Assembly: GCA_900234795.1 (NCBI GenBank)
Contig: LT962688.1
Location: 5,670,001-5,702,000 of the forward strand
Reading direction: 5' to 3'
Length of the DNA stretch: 32,000 nt
Source of the DNA: Methylorubrum extorquens
GTDB lineage: Bacteria > Pseudomonadota > Alphaproteobacteria > Rhizobiales > Beijerinckiaceae
The notes under the pieces were generated by a model, which saw nothing but the letters and a program-made list of their open reading frames with translations, had not been told where the DNA came from and made no database searches. Every line of letters starts with the position of its first letter. The first letter of the stretch is position 1. Below are positions 24,526-32,000 of the stretch, one piece after another. A program made the position numbers and the translations under genes.

Positions 24526-24560
24526 GAAAAAGGCCGGCACAGGGGTGCCGGCCTTTTTTC
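24526..24560. terminator. Bidirectional rho-independent terminator between convergent pheA and grpE
   Basis: GAAAAA, then GGCCGGCAC (24532-24540), loop AGGG, then GTGCCGGCC (24545-24553), then TTTTTT. This is a perfect 9-bp stem flanked by an A run and a T run. Confidence 0.85.
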
Positions 24561-24579
24561 TTCGACGGAAGGAAAAGCG

Positions 24580-25188
24580 TTAGGCCGCGTCGGCGGACTT
24601 GTCCTTGTTGGCCTCGGGCTTCGGGCCGCCCTTGGAGACGCCGACGAGAGCCGGGCGCAGGGTCCGGTCGCCGATGACGTAGCCGGTCTGCACCACCTGG
24701 ACGACGGTGCCGTTGGGAACCTCGGTGTTGGGCACCTCGAACATCGCCTGGTGGCGGTTCGGGTCGAAGCGCTGGCCCTTGGGATCGACCACCTTCACGC
24801 CGTGGCGCTCGAGCGTCTTGGAGAGATCCCGCTCCGTCAGGTCGATGCCCTCGATCAGACCCTTGAAGGGGCCCTCGGCACCCGCGCGGGCCTCCTCCGG
24901 TACGCTATCAAGCGCGCGGCGGATGTTGTCGGCGGTGTTGAGCATGTCGCGGGCGAAGTTCGTCACCGCGTAAGTGCGGGCATCCGCAACCTCACGCTCG
25001 GTGCGGCGGCGCAGGTTCTCCATCTCGGCCAGCGTGCGCAGCAGGCGATCCTTGAACTCGTCGCGCTCGGCGATCGCGGCCGCGAGCCCTTCCGCATCCG
25101 CGCCCGTTTGCGAGGCACCGGATTGCGGCGGAACCTCCGCCTCCGCGCCATCGTGCCGCTCGTGCTTCTCCATGTCGTCAGCCATCAT
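24580..25188 (-). CDS. grpE: Nucleotide exchange factor GrpE
   Basis: [37 protein letters not shown] ... [19 protein letters not shown] is a canonical GrpE sequence. Confidence 0.92.
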   Translation of the reverse strand: MMADDMEKHERHDGAEAEVPPQSGASQTGADAEGLAAAIAERDEFKDRLLRTLAEMENLRRRTEREVADARTYAVTNFARDMLNTADNIRRALDSVPEEARAGAEGPFKGLIEGIDLTERDLSKTLERHGVKVVDPKGQRFDPNRHQAMFEVPNTEVPNGTVVQVVQTGYVIGDRTLRPALVGVSKGGPKPEANKDKSADAA

Positions 25189-25279
25189 CGTGCGATCGAT
25201 CAGGTCTCGAAGGGTTCCGGGATGGGGCTGATATCATTCGGGCAAACCCCGAAATCAAGCGCACCGCGCGACGGACGGG

Positions 25280-28102
25280 TCAGAGTTCCCGCGGCGGCGG
25301 CGAATCGACGAGGGCGTCGAGCCCCTCTGCGCGGAGCGCAGCGACGTCGCTGGCGAACACCTCCATCACCGCGGCGCGGATCATCGCGAGGCGGTCGGGC
25401 TGCACCACGCGGGTGCCGGTGAGGTCGGTCACGTAGAACACGTCCACCGCCCGCTCGCCGAAAGTCGCCACATGCGCCGAGGTGATGTTGAGGCTCAGAC
25501 GGTTGAGCCCCGTCGTCAGCTCGTAGAGCAGGCCCGGTCGATCGAGGCCGGTGATCTCCACCACGGTCTCGCGGCTCGACAGGGCGTTGTCGATCGACAC
25601 GTCCGGCGGCACGAGGAAGGTCTTGGGCGGCTGCTTCGGGTGCTTGTCGGCGACGAGTTCGGCGATCTTGATCTCGCCCTTCAGCGCCCGCTCGATCGCC
25701 GTGGCGATGCGGCCGGCCCGGCGCAGCTCGTCCTCGTCCCGCTCGAAGGCGCGGGAGATGAAGATCGAATCGAGGGCGAAGCCGTCGGTGGTCGTGAAGA
25801 TCTGCGCATCGACGATGTTGCCGCCCATGGTCGCGCAGGCGCCGGTGATGATGGCGAGCAGCCGCGGATGATCGGGGGAATAGACCGTCAGCTCGGTCAC
25901 GCCACGGACCGGATCGGTTTCGTAGGTCGTGGCGCTGGTACGGCCCTCTTCCATTACCGTGCGCAGGAAGCGGGCGTTCTTGAAGTGGCGCGTCGAGTCC
26001 ACTTTGAGCCAGTAGGCTTGGTTGTGGCGCGCGGCGTAGCCGTCGAACAACTCGGAGTTCCAGTCGGAGAGCTGCTCGCGCAGGGCCATCTGGATCAGCC
26101 GCACCCGGTCGGTGCGGGCGATCTCCGAATGGCCGCCGGACAGGACGACTTCGGTCTCGTCGTAGAGGGTGCGCAGCAGCGTGCCCTTCCAGGCCGTCCA
26201 CACGCCGGGACCGACCGCCTTGATGTCGGCGACGGTGAGGATCGCGAGCAGCTTCAGCCGCTCCAGGCTCTGCACCTCGCTCGCGAACTTCTCGATCGTC
26301 CTGCGGTCGGAGAGATCGCGGCTCTGCGCCGTCATCGACATCAGCAGGTGGTGCTCGACCAGCCACGAGACCGTCTCGGTCTCCGCCTGGCTCAATCCGA
26401 AGCGCGGCCCGAGCTTGCGGGCGATGGCCGCACCCGCGATCGAATGGTCCTCCGGACGGCCCTTGGCGATGTCGTGGAGCAGGATCGCGACATAGAGGGC
26501 GCGGCGGTTGTGGATCGTATCGATGAGCCGCGTGGCGAGCGGATGTTCGTCGCGCACCCGGCCCGAATCGATCGCGGCGAGCACGCCGAGCGAGCGCAGC
26601 AGATGCTCGTCCACCGTGTAGTGGTGGTACATGTTGAACTGCATCATCGCGACGATGCGGCCGAATTCCGGGATGAACCGGCCGAGCACGCCCGCCTCGT
26701 TCATCGATCGCAGGATCGTTTCGGGTGCGTTCTTCGAGGTCAGGATGTCGAGGAAGAGCCGGTTGGCCTCCGGATCGATGCGCACCGCGTGGGTGATGAG
26801 CTTGAGCGAGCGGTTGGCCAGCCGCGCCGCGTCCGGATGGATCGGGAGGTTGTGCCGGTCGGCGAGCCAGAACAGACGGATCAGGTTGACCGGATCGCGC
26901 TCGAACGCGTCCTCGCCGCGGATGTTGACCCGGCCGTTGTCGATCCAGAAATCCTCCGCCTCGATCGAGGTCGCGCGGAAGCGGTCGCGGAAGCGGCCGA
27001 TCCAGCGATCGAGCACCGGCGTGCGCTTGGCGTGGCGTGCCTCCAACTCGGCGCAGACGATGGCGGTGAGGTCGCCGACATCCTTGGCGATGAGGAAATA
27101 CGCTTTCATGAAGCGCTCGACGCCCGAGAGGCCGCCGCGGGAGCCGAAGCCGAGCCGCTCGGCGATCTTGGGTTGCAGCCCGAACGACAGGCGCTCCTCC
27201 GGCCGCCCGGTCACGAAATGGATGTGGCAGCGCACCCGCCACAGGAACTCCTCGCAGCGCTCGAACAGGCGGTACTCGTCCGGCGTGAACAGCCCGGCAT
27301 GGACCAGCTCGGCCTGATTGCGCACGCGGTAAGTGTATTTCGCGATCCAGAACAGGGTGTTGAGATCGCGCAAGCCGCCCTTGCCGTCCTTGACGTTGGG
27401 CTCGACGAGGTAGCGCGAGGCGCCCGCCTTGGCAACGCGGGCATCACGCTCGCGCAGCTTGGCGTCCACGAACTCCGAGGCCGACCCGATCACCAGTTCG
27501 GTATCGAAGCGGGTGACCATCTCCTCGAACAGCGAGCGCGAGCCGAACAGGAAGCGGGATTCCAGCAAAGCAGTGCGGATCGTCATGTCCGCGCGGCCCT
27601 CGCGCAGGCACTCCTCCACGGACCGCGTGGCGTGGCCGACCTTCAGCTTGAGGTCCCACAGCACGTAGAGCATCGCCTCGACGACGCTCTCGGACCATGC
27701 CGTCTGCTTGTAGGGCAGCAGGAACAGCAGATCGATGTCCGAACCCGGCGCCATCGTACCCCGGCCGTAGCCGCCGGTCGCGACGATCGCGAGGTGCTCG
27801 CCGGTGGATGGGTTGTCGTTGGGATAGAGGCGCCAGACGACGGCGTCGTAGATCGCCCGCACCACCGCATCGGTGAGGCGGCTCAGACGCTGCGCGCAGG
27901 CAAGGCCGTCGCGTTCCTTGAGGAGAAGCCGCTCGGCCTCCGCGTGGCCGGTCTCGATCACCTTGCGCAACTCGGGCACAAGGAGCCCCCGCAGCTTGGT
28001 CGGCTCGCGGGCGTCGCGGTCGAGGGAGGCGACGATCTTTTCCAGGACGGGAACGGGGTCGAACATGGCCGTCCCGTTAGCATGTAAAGCCGGCGGCGGC
28101 AT
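25280..28102 (-). CDS. glnD: Bifunctional [protein-PII] uridylyltransferase/uridylyl-removing enzyme
   Basis: Nucleotidyltransferase motif GGYGRGTMAPGSDIDLLFL, HD domain LLHDIAKG, and two C-terminal ACT-like segments. The start is ATG 28102 or ATG 28066. Confidence 0.92.
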   Translation of the reverse strand: MPPPALHANGTAMFDPVPVLEKIVASLDRDAREPTKLRGLLVPELRKVIETGHAEAERLLLKERDGLACAQRLSRLTDAVVRAIYDAVVWRLYPNDNPSTGEHLAIVATGGYGRGTMAPGSDIDLLFLLPYKQTAWSESVVEAMLYVLWDLKLKVGHATRSVEECLREGRADMTIRTALLESRFLFGSRSLFEEMVTRFDTELVIGSASEFVDAKLRERDARVAKAGASRYLVEPNVKDGKGGLRDLNTLFWIAKYTYRVRNQAELVHAGLFTPDEYRLFERCEEFLWRVRCHIHFVTGRPEERLSFGLQPKIAERLGFGSRGGLSGVERFMKAYFLIAKDVGDLTAIVCAELEARHAKRTPVLDRWIGRFRDRFRATSIEAEDFWIDNGRVNIRGEDAFERDPVNLIRLFWLADRHNLPIHPDAARLANRSLKLITHAVRIDPEANRLFLDILTSKNAPETILRSMNEAGVLGRFIPEFGRIVAMMQFNMYHHYTVDEHLLRSLGVLAAIDSGRVRDEHPLATRLIDTIHNRRALYVAILLHDIAKGRPEDHSIAGAAIARKLGPRFGLSQAETETVSWLVEHHLLMSMTAQSRDLSDRRTIEKFASEVQSLERLKLLAILTVADIKAVGPGVWTAWKGTLLRTLYDETEVVLSGGHSEIARTDRVRLIQMALREQLSDWNSELFDGYAARHNQAYWLKVDSTRHFKNARFLRTVMEEGRTSATTYETDPVRGVTELTVYSPDHPRLLAIITGACATMGGNIVDAQIFTTTDGFALDSIFISRAFERDEDELRRAGRIATAIERALKGEIKIAELVADKHPKQPPKTFLVPPDVSIDNALSSRETVVEITGLDRPGLLYELTTGLNRLSLNITSAHVATFGERAVDVFYVTDLTGTRVVQPDRLAMIRAAVMEVFASDVAALRAEGLDALVDSPPPREL

Positions 28103-28225
28103 CGGCCGGTTGCAGGCAACTCAACCGTTCTGTTTCGCGGATTTTTCGTTTGACGAAACGAACGTGACTGTTCTAGCCATCAGGTGGATCCGGCAACAAG
28201 CCGGGCCGACATGGGAGACAGCCGC

Positions 28226-29200
28226 ATGATTCGACGCCGCACCGTCCTCTCCGCCTTCGTCGGATTGTTCGGCCTCCTCGCGACGGGTTCGAACCTGCGG
28301 GCTGCCGACGTCTCCGAGATCCGGCTCGACTGGGCGACCTACAATCCGGTCAGCCTGGTTCTGAAGGAAAAGGGCTTTCTGGAAGAGGCGCTGAAGGCCC
28401 GTGGCATCAAGGTGCGCTGGGTCCAGTCGCTAGGGTCCAACAAGGCGCTCGAATTCCTGAACGGCGGTGCCATCGATTTCGGCTCCTCGGCCGGGGCGGC
28501 CGCACTCCTGGCGCGCATCAACGGCAACCCAATCAAGGTCGTCTACGCCTATTCCCGGCCGGAATGGACCGCGCTCGTCACCCGCAAGGAAACCGGGATT
28601 GCAGGGCCCGCCGACCTCAAGGGCAAGCGCATCGCCGTCACCCGCGGCACCGATCCCCACATCTTCCTGATCCGCGCGCTCCAGGGCGCCGGGCTCACCG
28701 AGAAGGACGCCAAGCTCGTCCTGCTCCAGCACGCCGACGGCCGCACGGCGCTCGACCGCGGCGACGTCGATGCCTGGGCTGGGCTCGATCCGATGATGGC
28801 CGCCGCCGAGATCGAGAGCGGCGACGTGCTGTTCCACCGCGACGCCGCCGCCAACACCTGGGGCGTGCTCGACGTGCGCGAGGATTTCGCCAAAGCGCAT
28901 CCCGATCTCGTGAAGGTGGTCATTGCCGCCTACGAACAGGCCCGCGCCTACGCGCTCGCCAACCCGGACGCCCTGAAGAGCGCGCTCGTCTCGGCCACCA
29001 AGCTGCCCGAGGCGGTCATCGCCAAGCAGATCGAGCGCACGGACCTGAGCCAGCCCGCCGTCGGTTCGGCCCAGGCCGAGAGCATCCGCGCCGCCGGCCT
29101 TGCCCTGCAGCAGGCGGGCGTGATCCCCGCGTCCACCGACGTAGCGGCGGCGGTGGACGGTCTGATCGATCCGCAGTTCAACCCGGCCCCGACCCGCTGA
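28226..29200 (+). CDS. ABC transporter substrate-binding protein, NitT/TauT (aliphatic sulfonate SsuA-like) family
   Basis: Signal MIRRRTVLSAFVGLFGLLATGSNLRA. The mature part, IRLDWATYNPVSLVLKEKGFLEE...GSNKALEFLNGGAIDFGSSAG, is typical of SsuA/TauA-type binding proteins. I prefer the ATG at 28226, which follows GGGAGA. Confidence 0.8.
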   Translation: MIRRRTVLSAFVGLFGLLATGSNLRAADVSEIRLDWATYNPVSLVLKEKGFLEEALKARGIKVRWVQSLGSNKALEFLNGGAIDFGSSAGAAALLARINGNPIKVVYAYSRPEWTALVTRKETGIAGPADLKGKRIAVTRGTDPHIFLIRALQGAGLTEKDAKLVLLQHADGRTALDRGDVDAWAGLDPMMAAAEIESGDVLFHRDAAANTWGVLDVREDFAKAHPDLVKVVIAAYEQARAYALANPDALKSALVSATKLPEAVIAKQIERTDLSQPAVGSAQAESIRAAGLALQQAGVIPASTDVAAAVDGLIDPQFNPAPTR

Positions 29201-29208
29201 GCCTGCCG

Positions 29209-29841
29209 ATGCCGGACGCCGCGCACCTCGCCACCTTTGCCCTGATCTGCCTCGGGATGGTGCTGACGCCCGGCCCGAACATGGCCTACCTCGTCTCGCG
29301 CACCGTCGTGCAGGGACGAGCGGCCGGGTTGGTGTCGCTGACGGGTGTCGCGGCGGGCTTCGTCGTCTACTTACTCTGCGCGGCCTTCGGCATCACCGCC
29401 CTCCTCGTGGCGGTGCCCTTCGCCTACGATGCCCTGCGCTTGGCCGGTGCGGCCTATCTCTTCTTCCTCGCGTGGCAGGCCGTTCGGCCTGGCGGACGCT
29501 CGCCCTTCGACACCCGCCCGCTACCGCCCGACGGGGCGGGGCGGCTCGTCGCCACGGGCTTCCTGACGAGCGTGCTGAACCCCAAGATCGCGGTGATGTA
29601 CCTGTCGTTGCTGCCGCAATTCATCGATCCGGCGGCGGGCGGGGTGCTGACGCAATCCCTTGCGCTCGGCCTCCTCCAGATCGCGGTGAGTCTCACGGTG
29701 AACGCGGTGATCGTTCTGTCCGCCGGGTCCGTCGCTGCGTTCCTGAAGGGGCGGCCCCTCTGGCTCCTTGCGCAACGCTGGTTCATGGGGACGGTGCTGG
29801 CGGGGCTCGCGCTGCGCGCGGCGACCGATGCGCGGCGCTGA
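29209..29841 (+). CDS. LysE/RhtB family amino-acid exporter
   Basis: The ATG at 29209 is in the same frame as the tail of ORF 28564..29841. LATFALICLGMVLTPGPNMAYLVSRTV ... TSVLNPKIAVMYLSLLPQFI is the LysE-family signature. About six hydrophobic segments. Confidence 0.8.
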   Translation: MPDAAHLATFALICLGMVLTPGPNMAYLVSRTVVQGRAAGLVSLTGVAAGFVVYLLCAAFGITALLVAVPFAYDALRLAGAAYLFFLAWQAVRPGGRSPFDTRPLPPDGAGRLVATGFLTSVLNPKIAVMYLSLLPQFIDPAAGGVLTQSLALGLLQIAVSLTVNAVIVLSAGSVAAFLKGRPLWLLAQRWFMGTVLAGLALRAATDARR

Positions 29842-29901
29842 ACGGCCGACCCGGACGAGTATTTTCGAGAACACGATGCAGATCCGGCGCGGCACCCTGG
29901 C

Positions 29902-30741
29902 ATGAGCGTCACCACCGTTCTCTCCGACGACACGGAGCCGAAAGCGGTTCCCGCGCGTCGCTCCGCTCTTCTGGGGGGCCGGGCGCGCCTGGCGCTCGGT
30001 CTGCTGCTGCCGCTCGTCCTGGCGCTCGGCTGGGAGGCGGCCGTCGCGGCCGGGCTCGCCTCCGGGCGCCTGCTCCCGCCGCCGAGCCGGATCGCGGCCG
30101 CGCTCTGGACGCTCGCGGCCTCGGGCGAACTTTGGACCCATGTCGAGGCGACCCTGATCCGCGTCGGCCTCGGCTTCGCCTTTGGGGCCGGCGCCGGCAT
30201 CCTCGCGGGCGCGCTCACCGCGACGCTGCCGACCCTGCGCTGGCTGGTCGATCCGAGCCTTCAGGCCCTGCGCGCCGTCCCCTCGCTCGCCTGGGTGCCG
30301 CTGTTCATCCTGTGGTTCGGCATTCTCGAGACGCCGAAGGTCGCCCTGATCGCGGTCGGGGTGTTCTTTCCCGTCTATATCGGCGTGGCCGGCGCCATCG
30401 CCTCGGTCGATCGCAAGCTGGTGGAGGTCGGCCGCATCTTCCGCCTCTCGAAGGTCGCGCTCGCCCGGCGCATCCTCCTGCCGGCCGTGCTGCCGGCCAC
30501 CCTGACGGCGCTCCGCACCGGGCTCGGCCTCGGCTTCCTGTTCGTGGTCGCTGCCGAACTGATGGGGGCCTCCGAGGGGCTCGGCTACCTGCTTCTCGAC
30601 GGTCAGCAATTCAGCAAGCCCGACCAGATCCTGGCCGCGATCATCAGCTTCGCCGTGGTCGGCAAGGCCGCCGATGCCGGGCTCGTCGCCCTGACCAGTC
30701 CACTGGTGCGCTGGCAGGACACGGCGCGCGAGACGCTGTGA
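29902..30741 (+). CDS. ABC transporter permease, NitT/TauT (SsuC-like) family
   Basis: Multi-pass membrane protein. An EAA-like loop lies near VDRKLVEVGRIFRLSKVALARRILLPAVLP. Confidence 0.85.
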   Translation: MSVTTVLSDDTEPKAVPARRSALLGGRARLALGLLLPLVLALGWEAAVAAGLASGRLLPPPSRIAAALWTLAASGELWTHVEATLIRVGLGFAFGAGAGILAGALTATLPTLRWLVDPSLQALRAVPSLAWVPLFILWFGILETPKVALIAVGVFFPVYIGVAGAIASVDRKLVEVGRIFRLSKVALARRILLPAVLPATLTALRTGLGLGFLFVVAAELMGASEGLGYLLLDGQQFSKPDQILAAIISFAVVGKAADAGLVALTSPLVRWQDTARETL

Positions 30742-30748
30742 GGCCGCC

Positions 30749-31528
30749 ATGCTGAGCATCCAGAGCCTGTCCAAGACCTATGCCGACGGCACCCGCGCGC
30801 TGGAGGGCATCAACCTCGACGTCCCGAACGCCGAGATCGTCGCTCTGATCGGCGGCTCGGGCTGCGGGAAGACCACGCTGCTGCGCCTCATCGCCGGGCT
30901 CGACCGGCCGAGCACGGGCGACATCGCCCTCGACGGTGAACCGATCACCGGGCCCCATCCCGGCGTCGGCCTCGTATTCCAGGAGCCGCGCCTGCTGCCC
31001 TGGCTGTCGGTCGCCGAGAATGTCGGCTTCGGCATCGATCACCTGCCGAGGCGCGAGCGGCGGGAGCGCGTCGCTCACGCCCTGGAGCGCGTCGGCCTCG
31101 CCGAACAGGCCGGGCGCTGGCCCCGCGAATTGTCGGGTGGGCAGCAGCAGCGCGTCTCGATCGCCCGGGCGTTCGTGGCCAACCCGCGGGTGCTGCTTCT
31201 CGACGAGCCGTTCTCGGCGCTCGATGCCTTCACCCGCAAGGATCTTCACCGCCATCTCCTCGCCCTCTGGGAGGAGGTGCGGCCGACGGTGCTGATCGTC
31301 ACCCACGACGTCGCCGAGGCGGTGGCGCTCGCCGACCGCGCCATCGTCATGCGCCCGCGTCCCGGCCGCCTCGACGACACGGTGGCCCTGCCGATGCGCC
31401 GGCCGCGCGACCCGGCGGCGCCGACGAGCGAGGCGGCGACCCGCAACATCCTTGCCGCCCTCGACCATTCGCTGCGCCCGCGCGACGCCTCCCGTGCACC
31501 GGAACTCGCCGGCGGCAGCTCGTTCTGA
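30749..31528 (+). CDS. ABC transporter ATP-binding protein, NitT/TauT (SsuB-like) family
   Basis: Walker A GGSGCGKTT, signature LSGGQQQRVSIARA, Walker B LLLDEPFSALD, H-loop VTHD. Confidence 0.9.
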   Translation: MLSIQSLSKTYADGTRALEGINLDVPNAEIVALIGGSGCGKTTLLRLIAGLDRPSTGDIALDGEPITGPHPGVGLVFQEPRLLPWLSVAENVGFGIDHLPRRERRERVAHALERVGLAEQAGRWPRELSGGQQQRVSIARAFVANPRVLLLDEPFSALDAFTRKDLHRHLLALWEEVRPTVLIVTHDVAEAVALADRAIVMRPRPGRLDDTVALPMRRPRDPAAPTSEAATRNILAALDHSLRPRDASRAPELAGGSSF

Positions 31529-31603
31529 GGTGTCGCGGGCGCGCGAAAGCCGCTAAATCCTCGACACCAAAAAACGCGCCACCAAGAAAACAGGAGGAAA
31601 TCC

Positions 31604-32000
31604 ATGGACGCCGACGCCCTGCGCGCTCTCCAGGCCCCGCTCAAGAACAAGTACCGTGAGACGCCGGATTCCGCCGTCATCACCCTCAAGGCGAAGGGCT
31701 CGCTGGACGACACCAGCATCGCCTGCAAGGTCGAGACCGGCCGCGCGCTGGCCGTGGCCGGCCTGCACCCCGCCACCGGCGGCTCGGGCGCCGAACTCTG
31801 CTCCGGCGACATGCTGCTCGAAGCGCTCGTTGCCTGCGCCGGCGTGACGGTGAAGGCGGTGGCGACCGCGCTCGAAATCCCGCTCAAGGCCGGTACGGTC
31901 AGCGCCGAGGGCGACCTCGACTTCCGCGGCACGCTCGGCGTCGACAAGGAGGCGCCGGTGGGCTTCCGCTCGATCCGCCTGCAGTTCGACCTCGACACGG
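31604..32000 (+). CDS. OsmC family protein (partial, runs off the window end)
   Basis: It is absent from the ORF track because no stop lies within the window. ATG at 31604, 6 nt after RBS AGGAGG. My own translation is MDADALRALQAPLKNKYRETPDSAVITLKAKGSL...GGSGAELCSGDMLLEALVACAGVTVKAVA..., which is OsmC/Ohr-like with the conserved Cys pattern. Confidence 0.7.
   Translation, partial: MDADALRALQAPLKNKYRETPDSAVITLKAKGSLDDTSIACKVETGRALAVAGLHPATGGSGAELCSGDMLLEALVACAGVTVKAVATALEIPLKAGTVSAEGDLDFRGTLGVDKEAPVGFRSIRLQFDLDT

Noticed and set aside
25189-25279. Possible heat-shock control upstream of grpE: a sigma-32-like CTTGA ... ATGATAT on the minus strand (about 25231-25260), and a search for a CIRCE element
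   Set aside because: No CIRCE inverted repeat (TTAGCACTC-N9-GAGTGCTAA) is present. The sigma-32-like hexamers have poor -10 similarity and uncertain spacing, which is too weak to call as a feature.
25200-28087. 871-aa plus-strand ORF and 680-aa minus-strand ORF overlapping glnD
   Set aside because: Same high-GC shadow-ORF phenomenon. The glnD frame carries the nucleotidyltransferase, HD and ACT motifs. The alternatives are low-complexity Arg/Pro/Gly strings.
29472-30774. 427-aa plus-strand and 417-aa minus-strand ORFs overlapping the LysE and permease genes, and 31246..31998 minus overlapping the ATPase and OsmC genes
   Set aside because: Arg/Pro/Gly-rich shadow ORFs. The annotated frames give coherent membrane-protein and ABC ATPase sequences.
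1-32000. Scan for CRISPR arrays, rRNA genes, integrases, and large defence or secretion gene clusters
   Set aside because: No regularly spaced direct repeats, no rRNA-like sequence, no tyrosine or serine integrase, and no multi-gene defence signature were seen. The only repeats found are those listed above.

Overview
This 32-kb window comes from a high-GC alphaproteobacterial chromosome. The proteins look Rhizobiales/Methylobacterium-like, but the taxon is inference. The window splits at a tRNA-Ser(GCU) gene (13432-13524, minus strand).

Right of the tRNA (13.5-32 kb) is ordinary, tightly packed core genome; one hand-counted 60-nt line there was 75% GC. It holds a GT2 glycosyltransferase, an AMP-dependent ligase and a GNAT. 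Next come yejB plus two tandem yejA-like binding proteins, with no yejE/yejF in the window. The rest is a membrane-anchored CycM-like cytochrome c with a long low-complexity tail, kdsB, pheA, grpE, glnD, a NitT/TauT-type ABC transporter with an embedded LysE exporter, and a partial OsmC gene.

Left of the tRNA (1-13.4 kb) is a compositionally patchy, lower-GC accessory block that looks like a decaying genomic island. Its contents are:
- a complete-looking IS110-family element bounded by a perfect 15-bp inverted repeat, with a long structured 3' non-coding end (candidate bridge/seek guide RNA);
- a Hint-domain protein behind a roughly 35% GC leader;
- an SOS-box-controlled umuDC operon, divergent from three tightly packed small unknown genes (the first DUF6894-like);
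- an orphan ribbon-helix-helix gene;
- a peptidoglycan-binding/TIGR02594-type gene inactivated by a 19-bp tandem duplication, with a duplicated copy of its 3' end nearby;
- an alpha/beta hydrolase;
- a small secreted Arg/Gly/Tyr-rich repeat peptide;
- a DUF1254/DUF1214 protein;
- an AraC-type HTH remnant.

I found no CRISPR array, no rRNA and no recognisable multi-gene defence system. The most unusual candidates are the IS-encoded guide RNA, the SOS-linked small-gene triad, the 19-bp duplication and the secreted repeat peptide. All functional calls rest on motif recognition by eye, because no searches could be run.
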